The notes below the pieces were generated by a model that saw nothing but the letters and a program-made list of their open reading frames with translations, was not told the origin of the DNA and did no database searches. Positions 61,843-64,000 of a stretch of DNA of 64,000 nt are shown here, piece by piece. A program made the position numbers and the translations under genes. The stretch's first letter is position 1, and the number at the start of each line of letters is the position of its first letter. The DNA is from an uncultured Candidatus Saccharibacteria bacterium (GTDB lineage: Bacteria; Patescibacteriota; Saccharimonadia; Saccharimonadales; JAUPVS01), in NCBI GenBank assembly GCA_964627095.1, contig CAZVKH010000001.1, forward strand, positions 86,337-150,336. The letters are read 5' to 3'.

Positions 61843-62158
61843 CTAATATTAACTTCTTAAGAATACCACATCTGTTAGAGAGCTAGAATTTAATAATTCC
61901 TGACCCTGTTCGCCATGGTGAATTCTTAACTTTTAATTAAATGCCAAACAGATACGGATTCATGTGAAAATTAAAACATTATTAAATCAAGCTCCCCTAC
62001 CCCTGGAACTTGCTGTAATAATGTCTACTATTTAGCTCAATATAGCTCTTAGGCTGAGAACGTGCAGGCCTGCTGCGTTCATTTCCCAGTGTTTGTTTTC
62101 AAGCACTAGCATACTACACAAATCTGACCCGTGCTACATTGACAAAGCACTAGCAATA

Positions 62159-63220
62159 TTACATAGAAAGGTTAGGTTCGATGCCTAGGGTATAGGGGTC
62201 GGCCAGGGGTCGTTTATGCTTGGCCATAAAGCAGCCTAATGTTGCGATCATAGCGCCGTTATCGGTGCACAGTTTGGGGTCGGTGTAGTTTATTGGGCAA
62301 GGAAGGCGATTGGCCAACTGTTTCCGCAACTCTGGGCTGGCGGCCACACCACCGGCAATCACCACACTGGCTGGCGCAAACTCCTGATAGGCCAAAATTG
62401 TCTTATCAACCACGGTTTCGATGGCAATCCGTTGGAAGCTGGCAGCAATATCGGCCTTCTGAGACTCGCTGAGTAGTCCTGCAAGCTCAAAAGAAGGAAA
62501 ATCGTGTGGTTTACCACAAAGTTCTTGAATAGTTCTTAAAACGGCTGTTTTTGGCCCAGAAAAACTAAAGTCATACTTGCCGGGCATCTTGGCCTTGGGG
62601 AAGGTGAAGGCGTGGGGGTTGCCCTCGGCCGCCTTTTTGCCAATGCTGGGACCACCAGGGTAGGGAAGACCTAACACCTTGGCGACCTTGTCAAAGGCTT
62701 CACCAATGGCGTCGTCGTGGGTTTGGCCTAGCAGGGTGTAATCAAAGTGGTCACGGAATAGTACTAATTGGCTGTGTCCGCCACTAACAATTAAGGCAAG
62801 TAGTGGGAAGGATGGCTGCTTGGCTGGCAAAACATAGCCGGGCAGGGAAGTCTGTGTTAAGAAGTTAGCGTAAACGTGCCCCTCAACGTGGTTAGCGGCA
62901 TACAGGGGCTTCTGTTTGGTGATGGCTAGGGTACGGGCCGTCATAACTCCTACCAAAAGGCTGCCACTTAAGCCGGCGCCGTAGGTTACGGCAATACCAT
63001 CGATGTCGTCCCAGCTGCAATTGGCTTGCTCTAGGGACTCTTCGATAACAGGGATAATCGACTCAATGTGGCTACGGGCGGCGATTTCTGGAATGACACC
63101 GCCATACTGGGCATGAATATCCATGCTGGTAGCCACGGCGTTGCCCAGCAAAGCATGGCCGTCTTCTACAATAGCGGCGGCTGTTTCGTCACAACTTGAC
63201 TCAATCCCAAGAATCTTCAT
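62159..63220 (-). CDS. tsaD: tRNA N6-adenosine threonylcarbamoyltransferase
   Basis: MKILGIESSCDETAAAIV...HVEGHV...GGVAAS is the canonical TsaD/Kae1 pattern. Confidence 0.95.
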   Translation of the reverse strand: MKILGIESSCDETAAAIVEDGHALLGNAVATSMDIHAQYGGVIPEIAARSHIESIIPVIEESLEQANCSWDDIDGIAVTYGAGLSGSLLVGVMTARTLAITKQKPLYAANHVEGHVYANFLTQTSLPGYVLPAKQPSFPLLALIVSGGHSQLVLFRDHFDYTLLGQTHDDAIGEAFDKVAKVLGLPYPGGPSIGKKAAEGNPHAFTFPKAKMPGKYDFSFSGPKTAVLRTIQELCGKPHDFPSFELAGLLSESQKADIAASFQRIAIETVVDKTILAYQEFAPASVVIAGGVAASPELRKQLANRLPCPINYTDPKLCTDNGAMIATLGCFMAKHKRPLADPYTLGIEPNLSM

Positions 63221-63243
63221 GAAACCTAGTATACTGGGGGTTA

Positions 63244-64000
63244 ATGGGTTTGCGAAGAATTGTTAAGAAAGTTGTTCCCGGCAAGGCCTTTAAGGCCATT
63301 GAGCCCTATGGTCACTGGGGCGAGGCGGTAATTGCACAAACCAAACACGGTTTTCCAGCCCGTAACCTACAGATCATCGGGGTTACTGGTACCGACGGTA
63401 AGACCAGTACCTGTAGCCTGATTACGCAAATGTTGCGAGCTAACGGCTACAAAGTGGCCATGATGACGACTATTTCGGTTGACTATGGTGACGGTAAGGG
63501 CGAACAGGCCAACCCTAGCCGGATGACTACCATGGGCGCCATGGATTTAGTTGGTAAGCTCAAGAAAATCAAAGACAGTGGGGCCGAATGGCTGGTGCTC
63601 GAAACCACCTCGCACGCCCTGGCCCAACACCGCGTTTGGGCGGTACCTTACAGTGTGGCAGTAATGACCAACTTAAGCCACGAACACCTCGACTACCACG
63701 GTACTTTTGAGCGCTATCGTGACGCCAAAAAGATGTTATTTACGCAGACCAATCGAAACCGCAAGGGTCTACGAGTTGGTATTGCCAATGCTGACGACCC
63801 CAGTGGCGAGCTCTTCGCCAAAGAAGTTAAGAACCCCGTACTTTATGGGCTAAAGAAGGGTGGCTTGCGTGCCAAAGATGTTAAGTTGACCCCAGTTGGC
63901 AGTACCTACACCGCTACCATTGACGGCGATAGCTATGATATTACCTGTCACTTGCCGGGCAGTTTTAATGTTTACAATTCGCTGGCCGCAGTTGGCGTGG
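63244..64000 (+). CDS. murE: UDP-N-acetylmuramoyl-L-alanyl-D-glutamate--(DAP or Lys) ligase, N-terminal part; the gene runs off the right edge
   Basis: Reading from the ATG at 63244 gives MGLRRIVKKV...IIGVTGTDGKTSTCSLI...LVLETTSHAL...MTNLSHEHLDYHGTFERYRDAKKMLF, the Mur ligase ATP-binding and central-domain signature of the MurE type. Confidence 0.85.
   Translation, partial: MGLRRIVKKVVPGKAFKAIEPYGHWGEAVIAQTKHGFPARNLQIIGVTGTDGKTSTCSLITQMLRANGYKVAMMTTISVDYGDGKGEQANPSRMTTMGAMDLVGKLKKIKDSGAEWLVLETTSHALAQHRVWAVPYSVAVMTNLSHEHLDYHGTFERYRDAKKMLFTQTNRNRKGLRVGIANADDPSGELFAKEVKNPVLYGLKKGGLRAKDVKLTPVGSTYTATIDGDSYDITCHLPGSFNVYNSLAAVGV

Noticed and set aside
61843-62158. A possible T-box riboswitch leader upstream of valS.
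   Set aside because: Reading the minus strand, I could not find the conserved T-box 14-mer (AGGGUGGNACCGCG-like), a specifier-loop/terminator-antiterminator arrangement, or a U-tract terminator before the valS start. The region is kept only as an unexplained spacer.

Overview
This 64-kb window is chromosomal and spans the replication origin of a gene-dense, monoderm-style bacterium. Gene content suggests a Patescibacteria/CPR (Saccharibacteria-like) genome, but that placement is inference from memory of protein families, not a search.

The window has four blocks:
1. 1-30 kb: a large cell-surface glycan locus. It holds uppP, two GtrA genes, a Wzy_C/O-antigen-ligase-like protein, a WbaP-like initiating phosphotransferase, pgm/pmm and rfbBCDA for dTDP-L-rhamnose. 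It also holds several GT2/GT4 glycosyltransferases, three methyltransferases, a Wzm/Wzt ABC exporter, and a decoration module with a membrane-domain-kinase fusion.
2. 30-36 kb: the origin core, with jag-yidC-rnpA-rpmH on the minus strand and dnaA-dnaN-recF on the plus strand. DnaA-box clusters lie on both sides of dnaA.
3. 36.2-52.4 kb: the most interesting region, a type IV secretion-like locus with two divergent arms. The minus arm encodes VirB6-like, PrgI/VirB3-like, an apparently split VirB4, and two very large cell-wall hydrolases carrying SGNH + lysozyme + M23 and M15/VanY domains. The plus arm encodes six tandem VirB2/TrbC-type pilin paralogues. No coupling protein, relaxase, VirB11 or integrase is visible in the window.
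4. 52.4-64 kb: housekeeping genes, namely hsp20, comFC, three tRNA-Ser, one tRNA-Arg(GCG), an MFS transporter, HIT, an XRE-HAD fusion, valS, tsaD and the start of murE.

I saw no rRNA, CRISPR array, IS element or integrase. All functional calls come from motif and family recognition by eye; no database search was run.
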